A stretch of DNA of 64,000 bases from an uncultured Actinomycetes bacterium (lineage in GTDB: Bacteria; Actinomycetota; Actinomycetes; S36-B12): contig CAJBZP010000069.1 of assembly GCA_903960135.1 (NCBI GenBank), positions 1,708 to 65,707 of the forward strand, written 5' to 3'. Every line of letters begins with the position of its first letter. Position 1 is the first letter of the stretch. Both the position numbers and the translations under genes were made by a program. Positions 39,895 through 48,896 of this stretch are shown one piece after another. Below the pieces are notes generated by a model that saw nothing but the letters and a program-made list of their open reading frames with translations, was not told the origin of the DNA and did no database searches.

Positions 39895-40821
39895 GTGCCA
39901 TTAGTTCGTAATATCTTCGAGCAGATCGCCAAGAACGAGGCCATCGGCTCCTTCATCGCCGGTACGCCAATCGGGCGCGAGTTCGTGCACCGGGTTGCGG
40001 GGGGTGAACAGGTTGAAGATGTGATCGAAGCAGCACAACTTCTGGCCGATGCGGGGCGGCTAATCAGCCTTGAGCGTGCGGTGAGCGGCGAACTCGCCGA
40101 GGCCGAAAGTGCCTTGGTGTTCGCTGATTACGCGATGGCCGTGAGTGCCCTGGCTTCGGCATCACTGGCCCGCATCTCCGAGGTGGCGCTCCTGCCGGAG
40201 TTCCTCCTAGGTGGGCGCCCTCGAATCGGGCCCTTAAAGGACTTGTGCGCGCAGGCGCAGATCAGTCAAGTAAGTGTCATGATCGGCATGGGGCCTGACG
40301 ATTTGGTCGATGCCACGCTCGAACTGGTAACCGGCCTACGCGCCGAAGGTTTCGAGGTAGGGATTACCTTGCAAGCTGTTCTCCGGCGAACCGAGGGCGA
40401 TTGCGAAACCATCGGAGGTCGGGTGCGTCTGGTCAAGGGGGCGCCCAATTATCGAGGACCGGGTGGCGATGAATCACTCGAGCGCTTTGGCCAAGCTATC
40501 GAGGTGGACAAGTCCTATATCCGTTGCGCGAAAGCTTTACTGCGGACGACCGCTGAGCCAGGTTTTGCCACCCACGACCCCCGCCTGATTGAGATAATCC
40601 AGACGCTCACCGCCCGGCTGCACCGCGAAAAGGGCAGCTACGAGTTCGCCATGTACTACGGCCGAAGCACCGGGTTGCAGCAGCGCTTGACCGATGCCGG
40701 TGAGGCGGTTCGGGTTTATATCCCGTTTGGGCCGGGGTGGTTTGGCCGGCTCGTGGGAGGCTTGGCCGAAAGACCGACCGGCCTCGTGCCGGCGATCAGG
40801 TCGCTGCTCCCAGGTGCCTGA
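39895..40821 (+). CDS. proline dehydrogenase-family protein, divergent (PRODH-like)
   Basis: PRODH beta8-alpha8 barrel hallmarks are present: VRLVKGA, FATHDPRLIE and the YIPFGPGWFGRLVGGLAERP C-terminus. The conserved RR pair reads GG, KGAY reads KGAP, and EFQxLxGM reads EFAMYYGR. Confidence 0.7.
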   Translation: MPLVRNIFEQIAKNEAIGSFIAGTPIGREFVHRVAGGEQVEDVIEAAQLLADAGRLISLERAVSGELAEAESALVFADYAMAVSALASASLARISEVALLPEFLLGGRPRIGPLKDLCAQAQISQVSVMIGMGPDDLVDATLELVTGLRAEGFEVGITLQAVLRRTEGDCETIGGRVRLVKGAPNYRGPGGDESLERFGQAIEVDKSYIRCAKALLRTTAEPGFATHDPRLIEIIQTLTARLHREKGSYEFAMYYGRSTGLQQRLTDAGEAVRVYIPFGPGWFGRLVGGLAERPTGLVPAIRSLLPGA

Positions 40822-40846
40822 TCTCGGACTAGTGAAGGGAATAGGC

Positions 40847-41644
40847 GTGACACGCATCGCGGTGGTAGGCGGCGGAGTGATGGGCGAGGCGCTGATCGTC
40901 GGCTTGCAGCGGCGGTTGACTCCGGTCCCCTCGATAGTGGTTGCGGAGAAGCGGGAGGATCGAGGTGCCGATCTTGCGATGCGATTTGGTGTTCAAATCG
41001 CGGCTCCGGCGGCAGCCGTTGCGGGCGCGGATGTCGTGATCATCGTGGTAAAGCCGCAGGATTTTAGATCGGTGGTTGACCAGATCGCAGCGGATGTGCC
41101 TGACGGAGCATTGGTCATTTCAATTGCTGCCGGCATCACAACCTCGTCAATAGAAGAAGCCATTCCGCATGCCAATGTGGTTCGTGCGATGCCAAATACT
41201 CCTGCGCGGCTAGAGCTCGGGGTAACGGGCGTCAGCGCCGGCGCAAATTGTGATAGAGCAGCATTCGCTCGCGCTGAGCAACTGTTGGCATCGGTGGGCA
41301 CGGTGATTTCGGTGCCAGAGTCACTGCAGGATGCAATAACGGCGGTCTCTGGAAGCGGACCTGCTTATGTCTTCTTTCTCGCGGAGGCGATGATGGCTGG
41401 TGCCATGGCCGTTGGGCTCAGTACGGCCGATGCGCGTAACGCGGTGGTAAATACCTTGTTGGGTGCCGCCCACCTGCTGGACGTCAGTGGTGAAGAACCG
41501 GCCGCTCTACGTGCCATGGTGACTTCCCCTGGCGGCACCACGGCTGCCGCCATCGCGGTCTTGGAGAAAAATGAAACCCTTGATTCATTCGTTGCCGCAA
41601 TCGTTGCTGCACGGGATCGCAGCCGGGAGCTATCTGCATCGTGA
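40847..41644 (+). CDS. proC: pyrroline-5-carboxylate reductase
   Basis: Motifs IAVVGGGVMGEAL (Rossmann), VRAMPNTPA, SGSGPAYVFF and VTSPGGTTAAA. GTG 40847 after GAAGGGA; the track ORF starts at 40694. Confidence 0.9.
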   Translation: MTRIAVVGGGVMGEALIVGLQRRLTPVPSIVVAEKREDRGADLAMRFGVQIAAPAAAVAGADVVIIVVKPQDFRSVVDQIAADVPDGALVISIAAGITTSSIEEAIPHANVVRAMPNTPARLELGVTGVSAGANCDRAAFARAEQLLASVGTVISVPESLQDAITAVSGSGPAYVFFLAEAMMAGAMAVGLSTADARNAVVNTLLGAAHLLDVSGEEPAALRAMVTSPGGTTAAAIAVLEKNETLDSFVAAIVAARDRSRELSAS

Positions 41645-42846
41645 GTAAACGGGTCGGTGTGGTTTGGGATGAGCGGTTGGCAGAGTATGACTTCGGCCCC
41701 GGCCACCCGCTGACCCCGATTCGAGTGCAATTGGCGATGCGGCTAGCGGCGGATTTCGACCTATTAGTGCAGCCGAACGTGCAGTTGCTGAGCCCGGTCG
41801 ATCCGATTTCAATGGACGACTTATTACGGGTGCACGATGGGCAATACGTAGCCGCGGTAGTGCGGGCTTCTGAGACTGGCTTCGAGATCGGGGTCGGCGA
41901 TCGAGCCTGGGGTTTTGGTACCGCAGATGTTCCGGTATTCCCGGGCATGCACCAGGCCAGTGCTCGGGTGGCGGGCGCCACCTTGGCTGCAACGCAGGCG
42001 GTGCACGCCGGTTCGGTAGAGCATGCGGTCAACCTGGCGGGTGGCTTGCACCACGCCATGCCGGCCGCCGCATCAGGCTTTTGTGTCTACAACGATGTCG
42101 CAGCGTCGATCACCTGGTTACTGGACCAAGGGGTTGAGCGCATCGCATATGTGGATCTGGACGTCCATCACGGCGATGGGGTGCAGGCGATGTTCTGGGA
42201 TGACCCCAGAGTGCTAACCATGTCAATCCATGAGAGTCCGGCGAGCTTGTTTCCGGGCACCGGATGGCCAAGTGAAATCGGTGGCGCAGCTGCCCTTGGC
42301 ACCGCGGTCAATATTGCGCTCCCGGCGGGCACGGGTGACCAAGGCTGGCTGCGGGCCTTCCATGCGGTGGTGCCGCAGTTGCTCGAGGCCTTTGACCCAC
42401 AGGTAGTGATCAGCCAGCACGGAGTTGATGCACACGCTGATGACCCACTTGCGAATCTGAACCTGTCAATTGATGGCCAGCGCATGAGCTACGAGGCGAT
42501 GCACCGATGGGCCCATCGCTATGCGGCTGGCCGGTGGGTTGCGGTCGGTGGCGGGGGATACGAGTGGCTTGATGTCGTGCCGCGGGCCTGGACGCACCTC
42601 ATTGCCGAGCTCGGTGGCCACCCGATCGACCCAGGGGCCGAACTCCCGGAGGCATTTCGAGCGTATGTCGAAGCGACGCACGGGCGGTCGGCGCCGGTGC
42701 GGATGACCGATGGGCGCACCCCGTGGCCAAAGTCCTTCGAGGAGGGTTTTAACCCAAATGACGAGGTGGACCAAGCGATAAGCCTTACCAGGGAACTGAT
42801 TTTCCCGATCTGGGGGCTGGCGCTGGAGTCTGATAACTGGCTGTGA
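41641..42846 (+). CDS. histone-deacetylase-family protein (acetoin utilisation AcuC-like / protein or polyamine deacetylase)
   Basis: Class I/II HDAC motifs: HPLTPIR, GGLHHA, DLDVHHGDG, SIHE and GGGGY. The GTG start overlaps the proC stop (GTGA). Confidence 0.88.
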   Translation: MSKRVGVVWDERLAEYDFGPGHPLTPIRVQLAMRLAADFDLLVQPNVQLLSPVDPISMDDLLRVHDGQYVAAVVRASETGFEIGVGDRAWGFGTADVPVFPGMHQASARVAGATLAATQAVHAGSVEHAVNLAGGLHHAMPAAASGFCVYNDVAASITWLLDQGVERIAYVDLDVHHGDGVQAMFWDDPRVLTMSIHESPASLFPGTGWPSEIGGAAALGTAVNIALPAGTGDQGWLRAFHAVVPQLLEAFDPQVVISQHGVDAHADDPLANLNLSIDGQRMSYEAMHRWAHRYAAGRWVAVGGGGYEWLDVVPRAWTHLIAELGGHPIDPGAELPEAFRAYVEATHGRSAPVRMTDGRTPWPKSFEEGFNPNDEVDQAISLTRELIFPIWGLALESDNWL

Positions 42847-43006
42847 CCTCGGCTTTGACCGATAGGGATCGGCAGCCCGGTGTGATTTTTTAGGCAATAT
42901 TGCCAACCAACTTTCCCATCGGCCCCGGGTGCCACTAGTGTTCGGTTCCTGATCACGCATCGGCAGGGGAGCCGAAGCGGACTGCCTGCAGAAAGTTCGG
43001 TGCCAT

Positions 43007-43213
43007 ATGACCAACAGCCTTGAGCGCGGCTTTGCCGAGGTTCGCTTCCTAACCGTCGCCGAGGTTGCCTCGGTGATGCGGGTTTCCAAGATGACCGTTT
43101 ATCGATTGGTTCATGGTGGTGAGCTCCCCGCGGTCCGCGTTGGTCGCTCCTTCAGGGTCCCAGAGCAGGCAGTACATGACTACCTTCGGGACTCCTTCGT
43201 CGAGACCGCCTGA
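43007..43213 (+). CDS. excisionase-family helix-turn-helix DNA-binding protein (Rv0500A-like)
   Basis: 68 aa with LTVAEVASVMRVSKMTVYRLVHGGELPAVRVGRSFRV. Conserved position after proC and before bS22 in actinobacteria. Confidence 0.85.
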   Translation: MTNSLERGFAEVRFLTVAEVASVMRVSKMTVYRLVHGGELPAVRVGRSFRVPEQAVHDYLRDSFVETA

Positions 43214-43298
43214 GCCGGCAGATAGGCTGATCTTTACTATTTAGCGTTCGTGGGTTTCCTGAACGCATCTTTAGAACGACTAACGCGAGGATTTTTTC

Positions 43299-43397
43299 AT
43301 GGGCTCAGTGGTAAAGAAGCGCCGCAAGCGGATGGCAAAGAAGAAGCACCGCAAGCTGTTGCGTCGTACCCGAGTTCAGCGCCGCAATAAGGGCTAG
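43299..43397 (+). CDS. 30S ribosomal protein bS22 (32 aa)
   Basis: Not in the ORF track. Translation: [32 protein letters not shown]. It is near-identical in pattern to the mycobacterial bS22 peptide (Rv0500B-type). GAGGA lies 8 nt upstream of the ATG. Confidence 0.85.
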   Translation: MGSVVKKRRKRMAKKKHRKLLRRTRVQRRNKG

Positions 43398-43447
43398 GTA
43401 GACCTGCGTGCTTACGTAAGTGGGATGAGCGGGCGAGGGGGTCCGTA

Positions 43448-44422
43448 ATGGGTGACCTAGGTGTTGGGCGCGTGGTCCTGGTCACTGGCGTCTCGCGATA
43501 TCTAGGTGGGCAACTGGCCCGGATCCTTTCTGAAGACCCGGCAATCGATCAAGTCATCGGCGTTGACGTAGTGCCCCCGAAACTGAAATTGCCAGGAATG
43601 CAGTTCGTTCGCGCAGACATCCGCAACCCGGTTATTGCCAAGGTCCTGGGTGAGGCCGGAGTCGAGACCGTGGTGCACATGGGGGTGATTGCTACCCCGC
43701 GGCAAGCCGGTGGGCGCGCCACTATGAAAGAGATCAACGTCATCGGCACCATGCAGTTACTGGCTGCCTGCCAGCGCACCCCGAGTGTCAAGGCCTTGGT
43801 GGTTAAGTCAACCGCTTCGGTGTATGGCAGTGGGCCAAAGGACCCGGCAATGTTCACTGAGGAGATGCAGCCGCGGCACGCGCCTAGATCTGGTTGGGCA
43901 AAGGACTCAAGTGAGGTCGAGGGGTATGTGCGTGGTTTTGCACGTCGACGCCCAGATGTGGCTGTGACGACCTTGCGGTTCGCGAACTTTATCGGCCCTG
44001 GCATTGACACGGCGATGACTACTTATTTCTCTTTGCCGGTGATACCGACCGTGCTGGGGTTTGATGCCCGACTGCAATTCATCCACGAAGATGACGGTCT
44101 TGAGTTCGTAAAGCGTGCGGTGTTGAAGAGTTACCCGGGCACCTTCAATGTTGCCGGAAGCGGCGTCTTGATGCTGTCGCAGGCGATCCGTCGGACGGGC
44201 CACCAGCGCATCGCGTTACCTGAGTTCCTCTTCACGCCATTTGGCCGCAGCATTAGCCAAGCCGGATTAATCGATTTCACGGCCGAGCAAGTCCGTTACT
44301 TGACCTATGGCCGGGTGCTCGACACCGCACTTGCCACTAGTACTTTCGGGCATCAGCCGATGTATTCCACTCCGCAGGCATTCGCAAGTTTTCTCGCACG
44401 CCGCGAGGTGTCGGTTGCCTAA
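43448..44422 (+). CDS. NAD-dependent epimerase/dehydratase family protein (Rv0501/GalE2-like)
   Basis: N-terminal Rossmann motif VLVTGVSRYLGGQLA. Extended SDR pattern. Syntenic position. Confidence 0.85.
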   Translation: MGDLGVGRVVLVTGVSRYLGGQLARILSEDPAIDQVIGVDVVPPKLKLPGMQFVRADIRNPVIAKVLGEAGVETVVHMGVIATPRQAGGRATMKEINVIGTMQLLAACQRTPSVKALVVKSTASVYGSGPKDPAMFTEEMQPRHAPRSGWAKDSSEVEGYVRGFARRRPDVAVTTLRFANFIGPGIDTAMTTYFSLPVIPTVLGFDARLQFIHEDDGLEFVKRAVLKSYPGTFNVAGSGVLMLSQAIRRTGHQRIALPEFLFTPFGRSISQAGLIDFTAEQVRYLTYGRVLDTALATSTFGHQPMYSTPQAFASFLARREVSVA

Positions 44423-45326
44423 TGCCAAGATAATCCCGATTCGTGGTGAGGAGCCAATTAGGCCGCGCCTCGTTGACGATCTTGAACCTGACCTGCTCGC
44501 CCGGCTCATGGAGTTCTGGGCATTCGTGCAGCGGCGTTTAGCTGGCGACTATTGCGTTGACGACCTCGGTTTTGATCCGGAGTTCAACGACAAAGTCTTG
44601 ATGGCCATGATGCGCCCGCTTTATAAGTCATGGTTTCGAGTTGAGGCATCCGGCTTAGAGAATATCCCCGATACAACAGGCGCTTTAGTGGTGGCGAATC
44701 ATTCTGGAGTTATCGCCTTAGATGCCGTGATGACCCAAGTTGCATTATTGGATGACCATCCATCACATCGCCATTTACGGATGCTCGGATCCGACCTGGT
44801 GTTTCAGAGTCCATTCCTTGGTGAGATTGCCCGAAAGGCGGGGCACACTTTGGCCTGCCATCCCGATGCTGAACGGCTATTACGCGACGGAGAAATCGTC
44901 GGGGTGTGGCCAGAGGGCTATAAAGGCATCGGCAAGCCGTTCGCCGAACGATACAAATTGCAGCGATTCGGCCGAGGTGGTTTTGTCGCGGCGGCGTTAC
45001 GCACAAGGACCCCAATCGTCCCGACGGCAATCGTGGGGGCCGAAGAAACCTACCCGATGATTGCCAATGCGACCGTGGTCTCTCGCCTCCTTGGTTTGCC
45101 GTACTTTCCGATTACCCCGACCTTCCCATTACTCGGCCCCCTCGGTTTGATCCCACTTCCGAGCAAGTGGTTCATTCACTTCGGTGAGCCGATTCCCACC
45201 GATCAGTATCCAAAGAATGCCGCTGATGATCCGATGCTCGTTTTCAACCTGACCGATCAGGTTCGCGAGCAGATCCAGCAGACCCTTTACCGGTTGCTGA
45301 TGCAACGGCAGTCGGTATTTGGTTAG
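44415..45326 (+). CDS. 1-acyl-sn-glycerol-3-phosphate acyltransferase-family (PlsC-like, Rv0502-like)
   Basis: HX4D motif VVANHSGVIALD, VWPEGYKG (xEGxR/K-like) and IVPTAIVGAEE. Start uncertain: TTG 44415 is preferred. ATG 44307 would overlap the upstream gene by 116 nt. The ATG at 44422 is out of frame. Confidence 0.8.
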   Translation: MPNAKIIPIRGEEPIRPRLVDDLEPDLLARLMEFWAFVQRRLAGDYCVDDLGFDPEFNDKVLMAMMRPLYKSWFRVEASGLENIPDTTGALVVANHSGVIALDAVMTQVALLDDHPSHRHLRMLGSDLVFQSPFLGEIARKAGHTLACHPDAERLLRDGEIVGVWPEGYKGIGKPFAERYKLQRFGRGGFVAAALRTRTPIVPTAIVGAEETYPMIANATVVSRLLGLPYFPITPTFPLLGPLGLIPLPSKWFIHFGEPIPTDQYPKNAADDPMLVFNLTDQVREQIQQTLYRLLMQRQSVFG

Positions 45327-45337
45327 TTGTAAGGCAC

Positions 45338-46234
45338 TTAGCGTCGGCGCCGGCCGACCGCGTAACCGATAGTCAATCCCAAAGCGATGCCACCGAATGC
45401 TGAAAGGCCGGGCGCCGAATACTCCTTGATCTGGGCGCGGCGGCGGAAATCTCGGATTACCCAACTGTTGTCACGGGCATGGGCTCGAAGGGTCGAATCA
45501 GGGTTTACCGCGACCGGGTTTCCGACGGTGGAGAGCATGGGGATGTCGTTGGATGAATCGGAGTAGGCCGAGCAGGCACTTAGGTCGAGGCCTTCCCGGA
45601 TGGCGAGGGCTCGGATTGCCTCAGCTTTTGCGAGACCGTGCAGGGGTGGACCGGTTAGGCGGCCGGTGTAGACACCGTCCTTGATCTCCGAAACCGTACC
45701 TAGGGCGCCGGTTAGTCCTAAACGTCTGGCGACCATGGTTGCTAACTCAACCGGGGTTGCGGTAACCAACCAAACCTGCTGCCCGGCGTCTAGGTGGGCT
45801 TGTGCGAGTGCGAGGGAGCCTGGGATGAGTTTGTTAACCATGCTCTCGTCGAAAATAGCTTCACCGAAGGCATTTAACTCGTTGACACTTCGCCCCTGCA
45901 CGAATGAAAGCGCGGCTTCGGTAACCGACGCGATGTCCTCTAGGTCCTCAGAGCCGCTGACGACGAATTTCACTTGTTTGACGGCGAATCCGGCAATTTC
46001 TGGCATCGTGAAGTACTTGCGCTTAGCCAGACCGACGGCGAAGTGATAGACGCTGGCCCCCCGGATGATCGTGTTATCGAGATCAAAAAATGCGGCACTG
46101 TTCGCCTGCTCGTGCGGGCTGGCTGACTCGTTGCCCGCCTTCGCGGAGGCCTGACCGGCTTGGCGATATGCCGAAAGGACGTCGAGGTTGCCGCCTGCGG
46201 TCGTGGGTGCTGCAGGCTGATTCGATGCCGTCAT
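45338..46234 (-). CDS. HAD-IB family hydrolase (SerB-like, Rv0505c-like) with C-terminal TM anchor
   Basis: Motifs FFDLDNTIIRG (DxDxT), LVTATP and YSDSSNDIPML. C-terminal hydrophobic helix plus RRRR. ATG 46234 chosen. Confidence 0.8.
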   Translation of the reverse strand: MTASNQPAAPTTAGGNLDVLSAYRQAGQASAKAGNESASPHEQANSAAFFDLDNTIIRGASVYHFAVGLAKRKYFTMPEIAGFAVKQVKFVVSGSEDLEDIASVTEAALSFVQGRSVNELNAFGEAIFDESMVNKLIPGSLALAQAHLDAGQQVWLVTATPVELATMVARRLGLTGALGTVSEIKDGVYTGRLTGPPLHGLAKAEAIRALAIREGLDLSACSAYSDSSNDIPMLSTVGNPVAVNPDSTLRAHARDNSWVIRDFRRRAQIKEYSAPGLSAFGGIALGLTIGYAVGRRRR

Positions 46235-46290
46235 AGGCTGAGCGTACCTAGGAGCATGGCTCCGGCACAGGCCCGCAGGAAGGAGTAGCG

Positions 46291-47832
46291 ATGACCCAGA
46301 ACGCCAATATCGCTGAATTTGTCCGAAACTCGGCCCGTAATTACCCAACCCAGACCGCGATTATCGACACTGATCGCGTATTGACATGGGCCGAACTCGA
46401 TGCCCAGATCGATGCTTTCGCCTGCGGGTTGTTACAACGTGGGCTCCATGCTGGTGAGCGGGTAGCTGGACTTCTGGGTAACTCTGCCGATTTCGTCATC
46501 GCCTATTTTGGAATTCTGCGTGCTGGGTTAGTGGCCGTGCCACTTAATCCTGCCTACACAGCCCCGGAGATCGCGTTACTAATTGCCGATTCAGGTGCCC
46601 GACTTTTATTCGTTGATGAAGCGGCGGCGGCGACCGCAAATGCGGCAACGGCGTCACTCGCCGCATGTGAAGTTGTTGTGCTCGGCAGCAAACCCTGGGT
46701 TGAGATTTTCAGTACCGGCGCGCAGCGGGTGTTGGCCGAGCAAGCCACCTCTGCAGATGCGCTCGCATTGTTGCTATTTACTTCGGGCACCAGTGGGCGC
46801 CCGAAAGGGGCAATGCTCACTCACGGTGCGCTACGGGCAAATGTCGAGATGATCAAGTCACTGCAGTCCCCGCCCGCGGTGCAGCACAGTGACGTAGTGC
46901 TGCTGGTGCTGCCCATGTTCCATGTCTACGGGCTCAACGCGGCACTAGGTCTAGCGGCGTCTGCCGGTGCAACATGCGTTGTCCTTGATCGATTTGACCC
47001 CGCTGGCAGCCTTGAGGTCATCACCAAGCATGGGGTAACCACGGTTGCTGGGGCACCGGGGATGTATCAGGCTTGGTGCCAGGTTCCCGGGGCTCGGTCC
47101 GCCCTTATCGGTGTGCGGCTCTTCACCAGTGGGGGGTCGCCGCTGCCGCTGCGGGTTTTCGAAGACTTTGCTGCGGCGACGGGCAAGGAGATTTTTGAGG
47201 GCTACGGCATGACCGAGACGGCGCCGGTGGTTGCCACAACCTTGGTTTCAGGCGCTCCGAAACCAGGGTCGGTGGGCCGGCCATTGCCGGGGGTACAGGT
47301 GCGGTTGGTTTCTGATGAAGTTACCGACTTCGGGCTGGGTGCTGAAACTGGGCCCGATGCCGAAGAAGGCGACCCGGGTGAGATGTGGGTTAGAGGTGCA
47401 TCTGTCTTCAGTGGGTACTGGCCCGATGGTGCCGGCGGACCCGACGAGAATGGGTGGTTCCGGTCGGGTGATATCGCCTTTTTTGATGCTGACGGGGATC
47501 TGCATATTGTCGACCGACGCCGGGAGGTGATTTTGGTAAACGGGTTCAACGTTTATCCACGCGAAATTGAGGTTGCAATCGAGACAATGGACGAAATTGC
47601 TGAAGTCGCCGTCATCGGGGTGCCAGATGATGTCACCGGGGAGTCCGTGACCGCACTCGTAGTAGCGGTGCCGGGGCGGGCCATCTCGGCTGCCGATGTT
47701 GCTGCCCATTGCGCCGAGCGGCTGGCACGCTTTAAGTGCCCGTCAGTGATCAGGGTCGTCGATGCACTCCCGCACTCAGCAACCGGCAAGGTAGCCAAGG
47801 GCCGGCTTCGTGAGGTTTATGGTGATGAGTGA
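46291..47832 (+). CDS. AMP-dependent acyl-CoA synthetase/ligase (FadD-like)
   Basis: Motifs LLFTSGTSGRPKGAML (A3), EGYGMTET (A5), SGDIAFFDADG (A8) and LPHSATGKVAKGRL (A10 Lys). Confidence 0.9.
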   Translation: MTQNANIAEFVRNSARNYPTQTAIIDTDRVLTWAELDAQIDAFACGLLQRGLHAGERVAGLLGNSADFVIAYFGILRAGLVAVPLNPAYTAPEIALLIADSGARLLFVDEAAAATANAATASLAACEVVVLGSKPWVEIFSTGAQRVLAEQATSADALALLLFTSGTSGRPKGAMLTHGALRANVEMIKSLQSPPAVQHSDVVLLVLPMFHVYGLNAALGLAASAGATCVVLDRFDPAGSLEVITKHGVTTVAGAPGMYQAWCQVPGARSALIGVRLFTSGGSPLPLRVFEDFAAATGKEIFEGYGMTETAPVVATTLVSGAPKPGSVGRPLPGVQVRLVSDEVTDFGLGAETGPDAEEGDPGEMWVRGASVFSGYWPDGAGGPDENGWFRSGDIAFFDADGDLHIVDRRREVILVNGFNVYPREIEVAIETMDEIAEVAVIGVPDDVTGESVTALVVAVPGRAISAADVAAHCAERLARFKCPSVIRVVDALPHSATGKVAKGRLREVYGDE

Positions 47833-47856
47833 GAAACGACCGGCGGCACGTAGCTG

Positions 47857-48087
47857 ATGCTCACCCTCGTCGGAAAGCCGGGCTGCCACCTTTGTGATGA
47901 GGCCCGGGTGATCGTGGCCCAGGTCTGCGCGGAGACGGCCACCGACTGGGAGGAAGTCTCGGTCCTTGATGAGCTCGCCCTTTTTGACCTTTATTGGGAA
48001 AAAATCCCGGTGGTCCTCATTGCGGGAGTCGTTCATGACTACTGGCGGGTGGATCCGGACCGACTGCGTGCGGCCTTATCCCGATAA
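47857..48087 (+). CDS. glutaredoxin-like small protein (Rv0508-like)
   Basis: 76 aa with a CxxC motif (GKPGCHLCDEA). Conserved position upstream of the rex/hem locus. Confidence 0.75.
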   Translation: MLTLVGKPGCHLCDEARVIVAQVCAETATDWEEVSVLDELALFDLYWEKIPVVLIAGVVHDYWRVDPDRLRAALSR

Positions 48088-48111
48088 TCGGACGTCAATG
48101 TCCGCTCAACT

Positions 48112-48129
48112 TTGTGAACTTGGGCACGA
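48112..48129. promoter_or_regulatory. candidate Rex operator (ROP), one perfect half-site
   Basis: TTGTGAA-cttg-GGCACGA against the consensus TTGTGAA-N4-TTCACAA. The left half is 7/7 and the right half 4/7. It lies 57 bp upstream of the rex ATG. Confidence 0.4.
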
Positions 48130-48185
48130 GTGCCTACCCTTAGGGCACCTCGCCGAAGCCGGTGGGGGCACCCAGCAGGAGCAAC

Positions 48186-48896
48186 ATGTCAATTCCCCTC
48201 GGCAAAGGCCGGCCCCGCGAGGCCGGACGTGGTATCCCCGATGCCACGGTAGCCCGGCTGCCGGTGTATCACCGGGTGTTGGTTTCCCTGAGCGCGGCCG
48301 GGGTGCAGACGGTCTCGTCCGAAGCCCTAGCCGCAAAATGTGGAGTGAGCTCCGCTAAATTTCGCAAGGATCTTTCCTATCTAGGCTCGTACGGGACCCG
48401 TGGTGTTGGCTATGACGTTTCCTACCTGACATATCACATCAGCCGGGAGTTGGGTTCCTCGCAACCTTGGGGTGTAGTAATCGTCGGCGTTGGAAACTTG
48501 GGCCGAGCGTTGATTTCTTATCGGGGCTTCACTTCACGCGGTTTCGCGATAGTCGGCCTTGTCGATAATCACCCCGATGTGGTGGGTGAGAGTCTGTCCG
48601 CGAGTGAACTTGCCTCGGCGGCGGACCTGACAATCCGGCCTCTGGTTGATCTCGAAGCCATCGTCGGCGACACGAAAGCCCAGATCGGCGTAATTGCCAC
48701 GCCGGCGGATTGCGCACAAGGGGTATGCGACCGACTAGTGGCCGCCGGGATTCGCAGTATCTTGAATTTCGCGCCGGTGGTACTTGAAGTACCCGACGGG
48801 GTTGAGGTCCGCAAAGTAGATCTTGCTGTTGAGCTGCAGATCTTGGCATTCCACGAGCAACGCCGTGGCTATGAGCAGGAGGCGATCAACGCATGA
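48186..48896 (+). CDS. rex: redox-sensing transcriptional repressor Rex
   Basis: Winged helix ATVARLPVYHRVL and Rossmann fold VVIVGVGNLGRAL...NFAP. ATG 48186 has AGGAG 5 nt upstream. Confidence 0.9.
   Translation: MSIPLGKGRPREAGRGIPDATVARLPVYHRVLVSLSAAGVQTVSSEALAAKCGVSSAKFRKDLSYLGSYGTRGVGYDVSYLTYHISRELGSSQPWGVVIVGVGNLGRALISYRGFTSRGFAIVGLVDNHPDVVGESLSASELASAADLTIRPLVDLEAIVGDTKAQIGVIATPADCAQGVCDRLVAAGIRSILNFAPVVLEVPDGVEVRKVDLAVELQILAFHEQRRGYEQEAINA

Noticed and set aside
43297-43485. 62-aa minus-strand ORF in the track
   Set aside because: It is antisense to the bS22 micro-gene and overlaps the epimerase start. It has no motif.
44420-44424. TAATG stop-start overlap as the acyltransferase start
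   Set aside because: The ATG at 44422 is out of frame with the acyltransferase ORF (offset 115 nt from the in-frame ATG 44307). The in-frame TTG at 44415 is used instead.
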